Shown in pieces: positions 43,782-54,329 of a stretch of DNA of 64,000 nucleotides. The stretch spans positions 96,001-160,000 of the forward strand of contig JAYZQJ010000069.1 of NCBI GenBank assembly GCA_036149055.1, read 5' to 3'. The notes below the pieces were generated by a model, which did not search any database, was not told the origin of the DNA, and worked only from the letters and a program-made list of their open reading frames with translations. Positions within the stretch are counted from its first letter, which is position 1; each line of letters starts with the position of its first letter. The DNA comes from Myxococcota bacterium. GTDB lineage: Bacteria > Myxococcota_A > Polyangia > Polyangiales > Sandaracinaceae. The translations under genes were made by a program, and so were the position numbers.

Positions 43782-44683
43782 ATCGAGGCGATGAGACGAA
43801 GCGCGCCCCCGACTTCCTGATCGTCGGAGCGCAGAAATGCGGGACCACGTCGCTGCACCGGCACCTCGCCGCGCACCCGGACATCTACATGCCGGGCGCG
43901 AAGGAGCTGGAGTTCTTCAGCTCCGACGAGCGGTTCGAGCGCGGGCTCGACTGGTACCTGGACACCTACTTCGAGGCCGGCCGGAGCGCGGCGGTCCGGG
44001 GAGAGGCGTCGACGCACTACATGATGCGGGTGCCCGAGGTCCCGGAGCGAATCCACGACACCCTGCCGGACGTCAAGCTGATCGCCATCCTGCGGAACCC
44101 GATCGAGCGGGCCTACTCCCACTTCCGGATGAGCGTGATGCGCGGCCAGGAGAGCCGCGAGTTCGAGGAGGCGATCGAGGCCTGCCTCGCGCTGCCCGAG
44201 GACGCGCCGCCGGACGTGCAGCACGACTACGTGCGCTTCGGTGAGTACGGCCGGATCCTCGGCGCGTACCTCGACCGCTTCCCCGCTTCCCGGATCCACG
44301 TGGTCCTGACCGAGGATCTGGCGCGGGCGCCCGCGGAGACGGTCGCGGGCGTGTATCGCTACCTCGGCGTGGACCCGACCTACCGCCCGGACACGCTGGA
44401 GAAGCGCTTCAACGTCGGCGGCGAGGCGCGCTTCCCGGGCGCCATGGAGCAGCTGCGACGGACGGTGGGCCGCGCGCGACGCATCCCTGGGGTCGGGGAG
44501 CTCCTCACCCAGGAGCGCTACGAGGCCTTCAAGTTCTGGACCCGCACCGAGCTCGGCATCGCGTCGAAGGAGGACCGCGGCCCCTCCGACGTCGTGCGCC
44601 GCCGCCTCGCGCGTCACTATCGACCGGACGTGGCGCGGCTCGAGCGCGAGCTCGACGTCCAGGTGAGCTGGCCCGAGGTCTGA
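43778..44683 (+). CDS. PAPS-dependent sulfotransferase
   Basis: 5'-PSB PDFLIVGAQKCGTTSL; KELEFF; GEASTHY; 3'-PB ILRNPIERAYSHF. Confidence 0.92.
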   Translation: MNRGDETKRAPDFLIVGAQKCGTTSLHRHLAAHPDIYMPGAKELEFFSSDERFERGLDWYLDTYFEAGRSAAVRGEASTHYMMRVPEVPERIHDTLPDVKLIAILRNPIERAYSHFRMSVMRGQESREFEEAIEACLALPEDAPPDVQHDYVRFGEYGRILGAYLDRFPASRIHVVLTEDLARAPAETVAGVYRYLGVDPTYRPDTLEKRFNVGGEARFPGAMEQLRRTVGRARRIPGVGELLTQERYEAFKFWTRTELGIASKEDRGPSDVVRRRLARHYRPDVARLERELDVQVSWPEV

Positions 44684-44723
44684 GATGTGGCGGACGTGGC
44701 TGCCCTGCGGAGACCGCGCGACG

Positions 44724-45953
44724 TCAGGTCGCGGCGTCACCCACGCGCAGCCCGGGCGCGGGCGCGTCGGCCATGACCACGTCGCGGGTCGCCTCGAGGA
44801 ACGCCCGGCCGTGACGCGCGTCGGGCTCGAGGTAGTTGCCCTCCGCCCACTCGTTCCAGGACTTGAGGAACACGAAGCGCTCCTCCTCGCGGCGGACGCT
44901 CACCTGCCGCACGGCGTGCGCGAGGTGCCGTGCGTACGCCTCCGGCGTCGAGCCCTCGAGCACCACGCCCCAGCGGCCCACCCTGGGCGTGTTGTCCCAG
45001 TTCGGCGTGACGCAGGGGAGACGCCCCGGGCGGAGCTCGTCCCGGCAGGCGGCGTCGATCAGCTCGCCGTAGGGCTGGCGGAGCGGCAGCAGCAGCTCGC
45101 GGCTGAGTCGGTCGTGGGCGGCGTGGACCGACCGGGGCGCCAGGGTCGGCGCCGCCGCGCGCGCGATGAGCTGATGGGCCGGGCCGAGCCCGCGGCGCTC
45201 CAGCACGGTGCCCACCCTGCGCCTCAGCTCGGCGCGCCGGAAGCGGCCGCGGGACTGGAACGAGAGCAGGTGACCGATGCCCGGGGCGATGGTCCCGTCC
45301 AGCCCGAGCGAGCTCGGCTCGACGCCGGGGTCACAGATCCCGAGCAGGTACAGCCCCGGGAAGCCGGCGCGGTGGGCCAGCTCTCGCCAGATGTCCGCGA
45401 ACGCCGTGGGCTCGGGGACGCGCTGGGGCCGGAAGACGACGAAGACCGGGCGGCCGTCGACCGCGATGTAGCGGGGGTCCTCGAAGGCCGGCCGGATGGC
45501 CGCGAAGTGCGCCTCGTAGTCGGCGCGCCCCGGGTACGTCTGATCGATGAGCATCTGCCAGGGACGACCGACCCAGGACGCCGTCCAGCTGTGGTTCGCC
45601 CACGCGAGGCAGAAGCCGAGGTCCGGCTCGCCGCGGCTCAGCACCTGCTGGAAGGGCCGCTCCAGGAGCCGCTTGCCCGCGAACCAGTAGTGCCAGTAGC
45701 AGAACGCCTCGATCCCGTGATCGGCGGCGAGCTCGGCCTGTCGGGCGCGCGCCTCGGGATCGAGGAGATCGTAGTACCCGAGTTCCCCCGGGTGCCGAGG
45801 CTGCGCGTGCCCGCGATAGAGCGGCCGCGCCTTGCGCACGTTGGTCCACTCGGTGAAACCCGAGCCCCACCACGCGTCGTTCTCCGGGATGCTATGGAAC
45901 TGCGGCAGGTAGAAAGCGACCGCTCGAGCAGCGCGGTGTGGCGGCGCGGACAT
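44724..45953 (-). CDS. WbsX-like glycosyltransferase / GH99-like domain protein
   Basis: AFYLPQFHSIPENDAWWGSGFTEWTNV, LGYYDL, FCYWHYWF, WANHSW, PNWDNTPR, SWNEWAEGNYLEPD. Confidence 0.9.
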   Translation of the reverse strand: MSAPPHRAARAVAFYLPQFHSIPENDAWWGSGFTEWTNVRKARPLYRGHAQPRHPGELGYYDLLDPEARARQAELAADHGIEAFCYWHYWFAGKRLLERPFQQVLSRGEPDLGFCLAWANHSWTASWVGRPWQMLIDQTYPGRADYEAHFAAIRPAFEDPRYIAVDGRPVFVVFRPQRVPEPTAFADIWRELAHRAGFPGLYLLGICDPGVEPSSLGLDGTIAPGIGHLLSFQSRGRFRRAELRRRVGTVLERRGLGPAHQLIARAAAPTLAPRSVHAAHDRLSRELLLPLRQPYGELIDAACRDELRPGRLPCVTPNWDNTPRVGRWGVVLEGSTPEAYARHLAHAVRQVSVRREEERFVFLKSWNEWAEGNYLEPDARHGRAFLEATRDVVMADAPAPGLRVGDAAT

Positions 45954-46034
45954 GGTCGGTGAAATAGCTTCGTCGGACGTGGCGGACAAGCGCGGCGTCC
46001 CCTCCTCTCCAGCTCGAGCGTCGTTGGTTGTCAG

Positions 46035-47504
46035 ATGGCGGTGACCCGCAAGATCGTCTCGGGGGCGCTCTGGTCCTTCGCCCAGAACGCGGCCGCGCGC
46101 CTGGTGTCGTTCGGCGTGTTCGCCGTGCTGGGGCGTCTCCTGTCGCCCGAGGCCTTCGGCGTGGTCGCCCTCGCGCAGGCGGCCATCGACGTGCTGCTGC
46201 TCTTCGTCGGTCAAGGAATCGGCGCCTTTCTCATCCACAAGGAGGCGCTCGACGACGCCCAGATCGACACGGCGTTCTGGACCACGGTGGGCACCTCCAT
46301 CCTGCTCGCCACCGGGCTCACGTTGGTTGCGCCGTGGGTCGGCGCGTTCACCGACGCCGAGCAGGTCCCGGCCATCGTGCGCTGGCTGGCCTGGACCATG
46401 CCGCTCCACGGCCTGTCGCAGGTCCACGTCGCGCTGCTCACCCGCGAGTTCGCCTTCCGCGCCATGGCGGTCCGGACCATCCTCGCGGCGCTCGTCGGCG
46501 GCGCCGCCGGCATCGCGACCGCCCTCGCGGGCTGGGGTCCCAACGCGCTCGTCACCCAGATCGTCGTCTCTCAGGTGACGAGCACGCTGGCGCTCTGGTG
46601 GGCCAGCGGGTGGCGACCGTCGCTGCGCTGGTCGCGGACCCACGCGCTCGAGCAGCTCCGCTACAGCGGCGGGCTCACCGGCGCGGGCATCCTCCGGGTG
46701 CTCAGCACCCGCCTCGACAGCTTCCTCATCGCGGGCGTGCTCGGGACCAGCGCGCTGGGCACCTACGCGGTGGCGCGCCGGATCCTCCAGCTCTGCTCGA
46801 ACCTGCTCAGCAAGTCGGGGGACGCGGTGGCGGCGAGCGCCTTCGCCCGACAGCAGGACGACCGGGAGGCGCTGCAGCGCTCTGCGCGCGGCGCGCTCGG
46901 CTTCTCGCTCTTCATCACCGCGCCCGCCTTCGTCGGCCTCGCCGCGCTCGCCGACCTCCTCGTGCCCCTCGTCGTGGGACCGCAGTGGGCGGACGCGGTG
47001 CCGGTGCTCCAGATCCTCTGCGGCTCCGGCATCGTGATGGCGATCGGCTACGTGATCAGCGCCGTCGCCCGCGCCGTCGGGCGTCCCATCCTCATGACCT
47101 ACGCGCAGGCGGCCGTGCTCGCGGGCTACGTCGCGCTCCTGTTCGTGCTGTTCCCCTTCGGCCTCCCCGGCGTCGCCGCCGCCTTCACCGCGACCCTCGT
47201 GGTCGTGCTGCCGCTGCAGCTCTGGTTGCTGAAGAGGCTCGGTGAGCTCGAGCTCCGGGGCTGGTGGCCCGTCATCCTGCGCGTGATGCTCGCCGCCGGG
47301 GCGATGGGCGGGATCCTCGTGGGCGTGCGCCACGTCCTGCCGCCGATGCCCGCCGCGGCCGAGCTCGCCCTCGGCACCGTCGTCGGCGTCGCGGCCTACG
47401 CGCTCTTCGCTCGGCTGCTCCTGCGCGAGCAGCTCCTCCAGCTCCGGCAGGTCATCAGCACCCTCCGGCGTCGTCGCCAGGCCACGCCGCGTGTCGACGG
47501 GTAG
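46035..47504 (+). CDS. wzx: Polysaccharide flippase (WzxC-like)
   Basis: SGALWS, LGRLLSPEAFG, TAFW, LGTYAVA; about 12 TM segments. Confidence 0.9.
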   Translation: MAVTRKIVSGALWSFAQNAAARLVSFGVFAVLGRLLSPEAFGVVALAQAAIDVLLLFVGQGIGAFLIHKEALDDAQIDTAFWTTVGTSILLATGLTLVAPWVGAFTDAEQVPAIVRWLAWTMPLHGLSQVHVALLTREFAFRAMAVRTILAALVGGAAGIATALAGWGPNALVTQIVVSQVTSTLALWWASGWRPSLRWSRTHALEQLRYSGGLTGAGILRVLSTRLDSFLIAGVLGTSALGTYAVARRILQLCSNLLSKSGDAVAASAFARQQDDREALQRSARGALGFSLFITAPAFVGLAALADLLVPLVVGPQWADAVPVLQILCGSGIVMAIGYVISAVARAVGRPILMTYAQAAVLAGYVALLFVLFPFGLPGVAAAFTATLVVVLPLQLWLLKRLGELELRGWWPVILRVMLAAGAMGGILVGVRHVLPPMPAAAELALGTVVGVAAYALFARLLLREQLLQLRQVISTLRRRRQATPRVDG

Positions 47505-47548
47505 GCGACATCCGACTACGCTCGCCGGCCCACCGCCCCCGAAACTCG

Positions 47549-48754
47549 ATGAAGATCCTCCACCTCACGCACAACACCCCCGGCCGCAACGCCCGCGGGG
47601 GCGGGCTGGTGTTCTCGTGGCAGAACATCATGTCCCTCGTCCGACTCGGCCACGAGGTCCACCTGGTCATCGCGGAGCCGAACCACCCGCTCGACCAGGA
47701 CCTCCGCGACGCGGTCGCCTCGGTCACGTACTGCACGCCGATCGCGCCGAGCGCGCGCAGCCTCGACGCGCTGCTCGCGCGCGTGTTCCGGCCAGAGACC
47801 ATGATGTTCCGGTTCCCGGACTGGATGGGCGTCCGGGCGCAGATCGAGTCGGCGGTGCGGCGCCTCGCGCCCGACCTCGTGTGGGCCGACTGGATCGGGA
47901 GCCTCGTCCGGCTGCCCGAGGGGCCCCCGGTCGTCTACGGTCACCTCGACTTCATCCACCAGCTCAAGGCGGTGCGTCGGCGGGTCCACGCGGGACGCCT
48001 CCGCCGGCCCGACCCCGTCACGACCGCGCAGCTGAAGCGAACCGAGCTCGACCTCGTCTCGCGCTGCGGTCACGCGGTCACCGTGTCCGCGACCGACGCG
48101 GCCATCTTTGAACGCCTCGGCGTCCCGAGCACCTACATGCCCGTGGTCGGCCAGCCCATCCCGACGCCCACCGCGGCGCCGCCGTCTCGCCCTCGCGCGT
48201 TCCTGCTCGGGCGGAGCAACACCGCGATGAACGCGGCGAGGCGCGCCATGCGGGACCGCCTGTGGCCCAAGCTGGGCCCCGTCCGTGAGCAGCTCTCCTG
48301 GCATCAGCTGGGCGAGATCCCCGGCCAGAAGACGGATCTCTGGCGCTGGGTCGAGAGCGTGTTCGAGGTCCACGGCTACGTGGAGGATCTCGGCGAGGTG
48401 CTCCGCCCGACGGATCTGTGCCTCGTGCCCTACCGGGACGACACGGGGTTCCGCGCCAAGTTCGTCACCGCGGCCGGCTACGGGATGGTCAACATCGGCT
48501 ACACGGAGACCTTCGACTGCGCCGAGGAGTTCGTGCCGGGCGAGAACTGCCTCGCGGCGACGGACGACGACCACTTCGTGGAGCTGCTTCGCGAGTACGC
48601 GGCGGACGCGGATCGCCGCATGGCGCTCTCGCGCGCCTCGCGAGCCACCTACGACCGGTGCTTCGGCTTCGACGCGCAGCTCCCCACCTACGAGACCATC
48701 CTCAACAGCGTGGTCGCGCCGCCCCGGACCGATCGGGGCAGCGCCCACCCCTAG
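47549..48754 (+). CDS. GT4-like glycosyltransferase
   Basis: MKILHLT...GG; C-terminal GYVEDL, PYRDDTGFRAK. Confidence 0.75.
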   Translation: MKILHLTHNTPGRNARGGGLVFSWQNIMSLVRLGHEVHLVIAEPNHPLDQDLRDAVASVTYCTPIAPSARSLDALLARVFRPETMMFRFPDWMGVRAQIESAVRRLAPDLVWADWIGSLVRLPEGPPVVYGHLDFIHQLKAVRRRVHAGRLRRPDPVTTAQLKRTELDLVSRCGHAVTVSATDAAIFERLGVPSTYMPVVGQPIPTPTAAPPSRPRAFLLGRSNTAMNAARRAMRDRLWPKLGPVREQLSWHQLGEIPGQKTDLWRWVESVFEVHGYVEDLGEVLRPTDLCLVPYRDDTGFRAKFVTAAGYGMVNIGYTETFDCAEEFVPGENCLAATDDDHFVELLREYAADADRRMALSRASRATYDRCFGFDAQLPTYETILNSVVAPPRTDRGSAHP

Positions 48755-48775
48755 TCGCTTTTGGAGAGCACCAAG

Positions 48776-49831
48776 ATGCCCAGAGCTCTGATCACCGGCG
48801 TCACCGGTCAGGACGGCGCCCACCTCGCCGAGCTCCTTCTCGAGAAGGGGTACGAGGTCCACGGGGTCAAGCGTCGCTCGTCGTCGTTCAACACCGGACG
48901 CATCGACCACCTCTACCAGGATCCCCACGTCGAGGATCAGCGCATGTTCCTCCACTTCGGAGACATGACGGACTCGACGAACCTGATCCGGGTCGTCGCC
49001 GACGTGAAGCCCGACGAGATCTACAACCTCGCGGCCCAGAGCCACGTGGCGGTCTCGTTCGAGACCCCCGAGTACACGGCGAACGCCGACGCGCTCGGCA
49101 CGCTGCGGCTGCTCGAGGCGATCCGGCTGCTCGGGCTCACGGAGAAGACGCGCTTCTACCAGGCGTCCACCAGCGAGCTCTACGGCAACATCTCGAACGG
49201 ATTCCTCGACGAGAACACCGGCTTCGCCCCGCGCAGCCCGTACGGCGCGGCCAAGCTCTACGCCTACTGGATCACGACCAACTACCGTGACGCGTACGGC
49301 ATCTACGCCTGCAACGGCATCCTCTTCAACCACGAGTCCGAGGTCCGCGGCGAGACGTTCGTCACCCGCAAGATCACCCGCGCGGCGGCCGCCATCTCGC
49401 TCGGGCTGCAGGAGACGACCTACCTCGGGAACCTCGAGGCGCGGCGCGACTGGGGTCACGCGAGCGACTACGTGCGCGGCATGTGGATGATGCTCCAGCA
49501 GGACGAGCCGGACGACTACGTGCTCGCCACCGGCGAGTCCCACAGCGTGCGCGAGTTCGCGGAGCGGGCGTTCGCGCACGTGGGCATGCCCATCGAGTGG
49601 CGAGGTGAGGGCGTCGACGAGGTCGGCGTCGACGCGGACGGCACCGAGCGCATCCGCATCGACCCCCGGTTCTTCCGGCCGACCGAGGTGGAGCACCTGC
49701 TCGGTGACTCGACCAAGGCGCGCGAGAAGCTCGGCTGGTCTCCGACCGTCTCGTTCGACGAGCTGGTGCGGCGGATGGTGGAGTCCGACGTCAGAGAGGC
49801 GCGCGAGCGCGCCCCTGGAGGTCAGAAGTGA
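48776..49831 (+). CDS. gmd: GDP-mannose 4,6-dehydratase
   Basis: [53 protein letters not shown]. Confidence 0.97.
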   Translation: MPRALITGVTGQDGAHLAELLLEKGYEVHGVKRRSSSFNTGRIDHLYQDPHVEDQRMFLHFGDMTDSTNLIRVVADVKPDEIYNLAAQSHVAVSFETPEYTANADALGTLRLLEAIRLLGLTEKTRFYQASTSELYGNISNGFLDENTGFAPRSPYGAAKLYAYWITTNYRDAYGIYACNGILFNHESEVRGETFVTRKITRAAAAISLGLQETTYLGNLEARRDWGHASDYVRGMWMMLQQDEPDDYVLATGESHSVREFAERAFAHVGMPIEWRGEGVDEVGVDADGTERIRIDPRFFRPTEVEHLLGDSTKAREKLGWSPTVSFDELVRRMVESDVREARERAPGGQK

Positions 49832-50778
49832 AGCTGGACGGAGACACCAAGGCCGTCGTCACGGGCGGCGCGGGCTTCCTGGGGCGACACATCGTGTCCG
49901 CGCTCGAGCGGCGTGGAGTGCAGGCGATCGTCCCGAGGAGCGCCGCCACGGACCTGCGCGAGTGGGAGGCCACGCGCGCGCTGATCGCCGACGTCCGCCC
50001 GGACCTCGTCGTGCACGGGGCGTGGACGGGCGGCGGCATCGGCTTCATGCGCGCCCACCCCGGCACCATCGCCCGCGACAACACGCTGATGGCGCTGAAC
50101 ACCATCGAGGCGTGCCGACAGCTCGACGTCGAGAAGTACGTCGGCATCGGGTCCGTCTGCGCCTATCCCAAGTTCACCAACACGCCCTTCGTCGAAGAGG
50201 ACCTCTGGAAGGGCTACCCGGAGGAGACCAACGCGCCCTACGGCATCTCGAAGAAGATGATGCTCGTGCTGACCCAGTCCTACGCGCAGGAGTTCGGGTT
50301 CAACGGCGTGCACCTCCTGATGGTCAACCTCTACGGCCCCTGGGACAACTTCGACCTCGAGACGAGCCACGTCATCCCCGCGATGATCCGGAAGTTCCTC
50401 GCGGCGAAGGAGTCCGGCGCGAAGGAGGTCGTGCTCTGGGGCGACGGCAGCCCGACCCGCGAGTTCATCTACGTCTCGGACGCGGCGGAGGCCGTGGCCC
50501 TGGCGGCCGAGCGCTACGACTCGCCCGACCCCGTCAACATCGGATCCGGCGAGGAGGCCTCCATCCGGGACCTGGCGACGATGATCGCGACGCGGATCGG
50601 GTTCGAGGGCGACGTGGTGTGGGACACCACCAAGCCCAACGGTCAGCCGAAGCGGATGCTCGACACCCGCAAGGCCAGGGAGCGCTTCGGCTTCAGCTCC
50701 AGCGTCACGCTCGCCGAGGGGCTCGACCGCACCGTCGCCTGGTATCTGGAGGAGGGGCGCCAGATCTGGGAGCGCTGA
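49828..50778 (+). CDS. fcl: GDP-L-fucose synthase
   Basis: [52 protein letters not shown]; coupled to gmd. Confidence 0.93.
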   Translation: MKLDGDTKAVVTGGAGFLGRHIVSALERRGVQAIVPRSAATDLREWEATRALIADVRPDLVVHGAWTGGGIGFMRAHPGTIARDNTLMALNTIEACRQLDVEKYVGIGSVCAYPKFTNTPFVEEDLWKGYPEETNAPYGISKKMMLVLTQSYAQEFGFNGVHLLMVNLYGPWDNFDLETSHVIPAMIRKFLAAKESGAKEVVLWGDGSPTREFIYVSDAAEAVALAAERYDSPDPVNIGSGEEASIRDLATMIATRIGFEGDVVWDTTKPNGQPKRMLDTRKARERFGFSSSVTLAEGLDRTVAWYLEEGRQIWER

Positions 50779-50823
50779 CGTCGGGTGGAACCCCCTCCCC
50801 TCCTCGGCGCTATACTGCGGGAC

Positions 50824-52152
50824 ATGCTCTCTCGACCGCGCATGCCCGCCTCCGTCGCGGCCGCCGCGCTCCTCCTCTCGCTCGCGTCCTCCTGCACCCT
50901 GAACCGCTCGGGGGCCGGGACGGCGGTGGAGTGCCGCCGCGACACGGACTGCGAGAGCGGGTTCTGCGTCAACGGCACCTGCATCGGCGAGAGCGTCGAC
51001 AGCGGCCGCCCGGAGGACTCCGGGCTCGACTCCGGTGCGCCCGTCGAGGACTCGGGGCTCGACGCGCAGGTCCCCCCCGACGCGCCTCCGCCGCCCCCGG
51101 ACTCCGGCCCTCCCCCCGGACCGCTCCTGGACTACGCGGAGGCGACGTTCACCCGCGGCTCGGTGGCCACCTGGTTCGATCCCGCGACCGGCACCCTGAC
51201 GCGCTACGCGGTCCACGAGCCGCGCATCCTCGCCGACGGCTCGATCTACGTCGAAGGAGAGCGCACGAACTTCGTGCTCGACTCCGAAGCGTTCGAGAGC
51301 TGGTTCACCGACGACAGCACCGTCACCGCCAACCTCGACGTCGCGCCGGACGGCGCTCGGACGGCGGAGCGTTGGGTCGCCTTGGACGACGGCGGGGCGC
51401 GCGCGTTCCTGCTCGGCGGCCCCTGGGGCGGCGCGAGCCGGCCGACCGCCACCATCTCCATCTTCGCCGCCGCCCCGGGGGGCAGCGAGACCTTCCGCCA
51501 GTACTGGCGCGGCGCCGGCACCCATCAGTTCGGAGAGGACCGCACCGTCGGAGCGGGCTGGGAGCGCTTCACCGTCACCCGCGAGGACATGGAGCGCAAC
51601 GGCGTGGCGCAGGCCACGACCGCGGCCGCGAGGATGCTGTCCATCTGGGGCGCGCAGGCGGAGGAGGGGCACTTCGCGAGCCAGTACATCCCCACCGCGG
51701 GCCTGCGGGAGACGCGCGCGGCCGACACCGTCGTGTTCGGCGCGGCGCCCGCCGGGATGACGTCGGGTCCCTGGACGGTGGAGCTCGCGCCGGGCGCGTC
51801 GAGCGAGGCCATCGTCGCCGCCGGCGGCTCGTGGACGGTGTTCGAGTTCGGCTCGATCGACGAGTCGGTCCGGCTCCGGGTGGGCGCGGGCGCCGTCCGC
51901 GTCAGCGTCCGGACCTCGGGGTCGCCCCACGTCGAGACGATGCCGCTGACGTTCGACGCCCACCAGGTCCTCACCGTGTCCGTGGACCCGTCGGCCGGGC
52001 GCCTCACCGTGGCCGGCGCGAGCTCCGGGAACGGCACGACCTCCGCGAGCGCGTGGACGTTCCCGGCGGGGCCGCTCCGGGTCGGCAGCGGGGCTCCCGG
52101 GCTCGAGAGCTACTTCGGCGCGATCGGGCGGCCCTCACGCGGCGGGATGTGA
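50824..52152 (+). CDS. Lipoprotein with Cys knot, DSG/Pro linker and phage-fibre-like beta domain
   Basis: LASSC lipobox; CRRDTDCESGFCVNGTC; FTRGSVATWFD..EPR..VEGERTN and WGAQAEEGHFASQYIPT..TRAAD. Confidence 0.75.
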   Translation: MLSRPRMPASVAAAALLLSLASSCTLNRSGAGTAVECRRDTDCESGFCVNGTCIGESVDSGRPEDSGLDSGAPVEDSGLDAQVPPDAPPPPPDSGPPPGPLLDYAEATFTRGSVATWFDPATGTLTRYAVHEPRILADGSIYVEGERTNFVLDSEAFESWFTDDSTVTANLDVAPDGARTAERWVALDDGGARAFLLGGPWGGASRPTATISIFAAAPGGSETFRQYWRGAGTHQFGEDRTVGAGWERFTVTREDMERNGVAQATTAAARMLSIWGAQAEEGHFASQYIPTAGLRETRAADTVVFGAAPAGMTSGPWTVELAPGASSEAIVAAGGSWTVFEFGSIDESVRLRVGAGAVRVSVRTSGSPHVETMPLTFDAHQVLTVSVDPSAGRLTVAGASSGNGTTSASAWTFPAGPLRVGSGAPGLESYFGAIGRPSRGGM

Positions 52153-53619
52153 GTCGCCGCGCGTCTCCGCCACGTGGTGGGGGCGCACGGGCGTCGCGGG
52201 GGGCTCCTCGTCCAGCACCGCGCGCAGCGCGGCCGCGATGGCGCTGACGTTCTCCGGCGCGAGGACCTGCGGGAACGTGTTCGGGTTCTTCATGAACCCC
52301 GGGAACGACGTCTCGTGCAGGGCCACGATGTAGCGATGCAGCGCCTCGTGATCGGGCTCGTGCTCGGTCATCGCGCGCGAGAAGAGCGCGAACCAGCGAT
52401 CCTTCGGCTCGTCGAGCGCCCGGTACACGCCGGGCAGGTGCGCGTAGAAGGCGTCGCCGAACACCACCACCGGCTTGTCGTAGAGCAGGCCCTCCCAGCC
52501 CATCGTGCCGGTGATGACCGCGATGGCCTCGGCCCGCTGGATGAGCGCCCAGGTGTCCTCGTCCGGCCCGAGCAGGCGAGTGCCGCAGACGCGCTTGATG
52601 TCGCGATAGAACGAGAGCGGCCGTCGCCCCCGGTTCGACAGGTGCTCCTTGACGTAGAGGCGCACGCCCACCGGGAGGCTGCGCGCGATGTCCTCGATCA
52701 GCGCGAGCTGGTTCAGGTACATCGGCGCCTGCACCAGGGTGGACGCCTCGGGCTGGAAGTGGATCGGGAAGAGCACGAAGCGCTCCCCCTCCACCGGCGC
52801 CTCGAAGATGTCTCCGCCCTTCGCGCGCGCCATGCGTTGCCAGCGCGTGAGCCGCTGGCCGATGGCCCGGGCGCCCGAGACCGCGGTGGGATCCCGCCGG
52901 TCGCGGAGATGCGCCGCCGTCGCGCGCACCAGCTGGCGCACGTCTCCCTTGCTCGGCACCGGCACCCGCGAGCGCGTCTGCATGCCGGTCGGCCGCCGCG
53001 GTCGATCGCGGAACCCCGCGACGAACGCGCGCGCCAGCTCCGCCTGCGCGTCGGTGAGCGTCTCGAGCTCCGCGTAGCGCGCGAGCACCCGCTCCCAGTT
53101 CTGGAAGCCGGAGCGGTAGACCGAGAGGCGGTTCGTGAGCCGGGCGCTCCCGACGCACCAGAAGGGGATGTCGCGCTCCCGCGCCAGCGCCCAGTGGAGC
53201 GTGCTCATCAGGCACGAGATGTCTTCGGTGAAGATGTAGTCGGGCTGGATGCGATCGAGCGCGTCGCCGATGACCTCGAGCCCGACCTGCACCAGGCGCA
53301 GGACCTGCTCGTAGGTCCGGCCCTCGAGGAGGTGCCGCTCGGCGGCGATGGCCCTCCGGAGCGAGATCCCGAGCTCCCGCTCGCGCCGCTCCAGGAACGC
53401 GTAGTCCACCGGCCCCTCGGCGAGGCGCGGCACGATGTCCCGGGTGAACGAGACGATCTCGGCGCGCTGGTAGGGGACGTCGCTCGCGTCGATCGTCTTG
53501 AGCACGTGCCGGCCCCACGCGAAGCCGCTCACCGAGGTCGCGTGTCCGGTCGCCCTCAGCTCGCGCGCGACGCGGTCGAACAGCTCGATGTGCACGGAGA
53601 AGAAGCAGTAAGCCTTCAC
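52135..53619 (-). CDS. Capsule-synthesis (KpsS/LipB-like) protein, candidate CMP-nonulosonate transferase
   Basis: FPIHFQPEAST, VKEH, ITGTMGWEGL..KPV; GTGA coupling to neuA. Confidence 0.78.
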   Translation of the reverse strand: MKAYCFFSVHIELFDRVARELRATGHATSVSGFAWGRHVLKTIDASDVPYQRAEIVSFTRDIVPRLAEGPVDYAFLERRERELGISLRRAIAAERHLLEGRTYEQVLRLVQVGLEVIGDALDRIQPDYIFTEDISCLMSTLHWALARERDIPFWCVGSARLTNRLSVYRSGFQNWERVLARYAELETLTDAQAELARAFVAGFRDRPRRPTGMQTRSRVPVPSKGDVRQLVRATAAHLRDRRDPTAVSGARAIGQRLTRWQRMARAKGGDIFEAPVEGERFVLFPIHFQPEASTLVQAPMYLNQLALIEDIARSLPVGVRLYVKEHLSNRGRRPLSFYRDIKRVCGTRLLGPDEDTWALIQRAEAIAVITGTMGWEGLLYDKPVVVFGDAFYAHLPGVYRALDEPKDRWFALFSRAMTEHEPDHEALHRYIVALHETSFPGFMKNPNTFPQVLAPENVSAIAAALRAVLDEEPPATPVRPHHVAETRGDSHPAA

Positions 53620-54329
53620 TCGGGTCCTCCAGCGCTCGCCAGGTGGGCTTCGGCGGCGCGCCAGTCGTCCATGGTGTCCAGATTGAACGCCGCCTCGTTC
53701 GCCTCGTGGGGCACACCGACGAGCCGGTCTCCGTAGAGGGTCTCGTCGGTCAGCAGCGTGTCGGTGCGCGTCACGTAGACCGCCCCGCTGCGGATGAACG
53801 CGGGGCCCAGCTCCTGGCGGCGGGTCACGGGCGCGGTCGTTCCGTCCGCGAGGCGCAGCCCGCCCTCCTCCGTGGGGCGATACACCCAGTCCGGGTGGTA
53901 GCGCGTCGGGACCGGCAAGACGCTGACGACCCCGCTCGCGCCCCGCTCGAAGAGCGTGGTCACGCACCGATCGACCAGCGCCGCCGGGCGGAACGGGTCG
54001 GTCGGCTGCAGCAAGCACACGGCGTCGAAGTCTCCCGAGAGCGCCCGCACCGCGTGGATCACGACCGCGAGGGACCCTGCCGCGTCGGTCGCAAGCTCCG
54101 GAGGCCGGAGGAACGGCACCTCGAGCCCGTGCGCCCGCCCGACCTCGGCGATCTCCTCGTCGTCGGTGCTCAGGACCACCCGGGTCAGGGTCTGAGCGGC
54201 GAGCGCGCACTCCGCGGTCCACGCGAGCAGCGGGCGCCCACCGAGGGGGCGAATGTTCTTGCGCGGGATGCCCTTCGACCCGCCCCGGGCGGGGATCAGG
54301 CCGAGCACCCGCGGCGCTCCGGCGCTCAT
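53616..54329 (-). CDS. neuA: Acylneuraminate cytidylyltransferase
   Basis: LIPARGGSKGIPRKNI, VLSTDD, RPPELATD, LLQPT, RRQE, LDT..D. Confidence 0.93.
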   Translation of the reverse strand: MSAGAPRVLGLIPARGGSKGIPRKNIRPLGGRPLLAWTAECALAAQTLTRVVLSTDDEEIAEVGRAHGLEVPFLRPPELATDAAGSLAVVIHAVRALSGDFDAVCLLQPTDPFRPAALVDRCVTTLFERGASGVVSVLPVPTRYHPDWVYRPTEEGGLRLADGTTAPVTRRQELGPAFIRSGAVYVTRTDTLLTDETLYGDRLVGVPHEANEAAFNLDTMDDWRAAEAHLASAGGPE

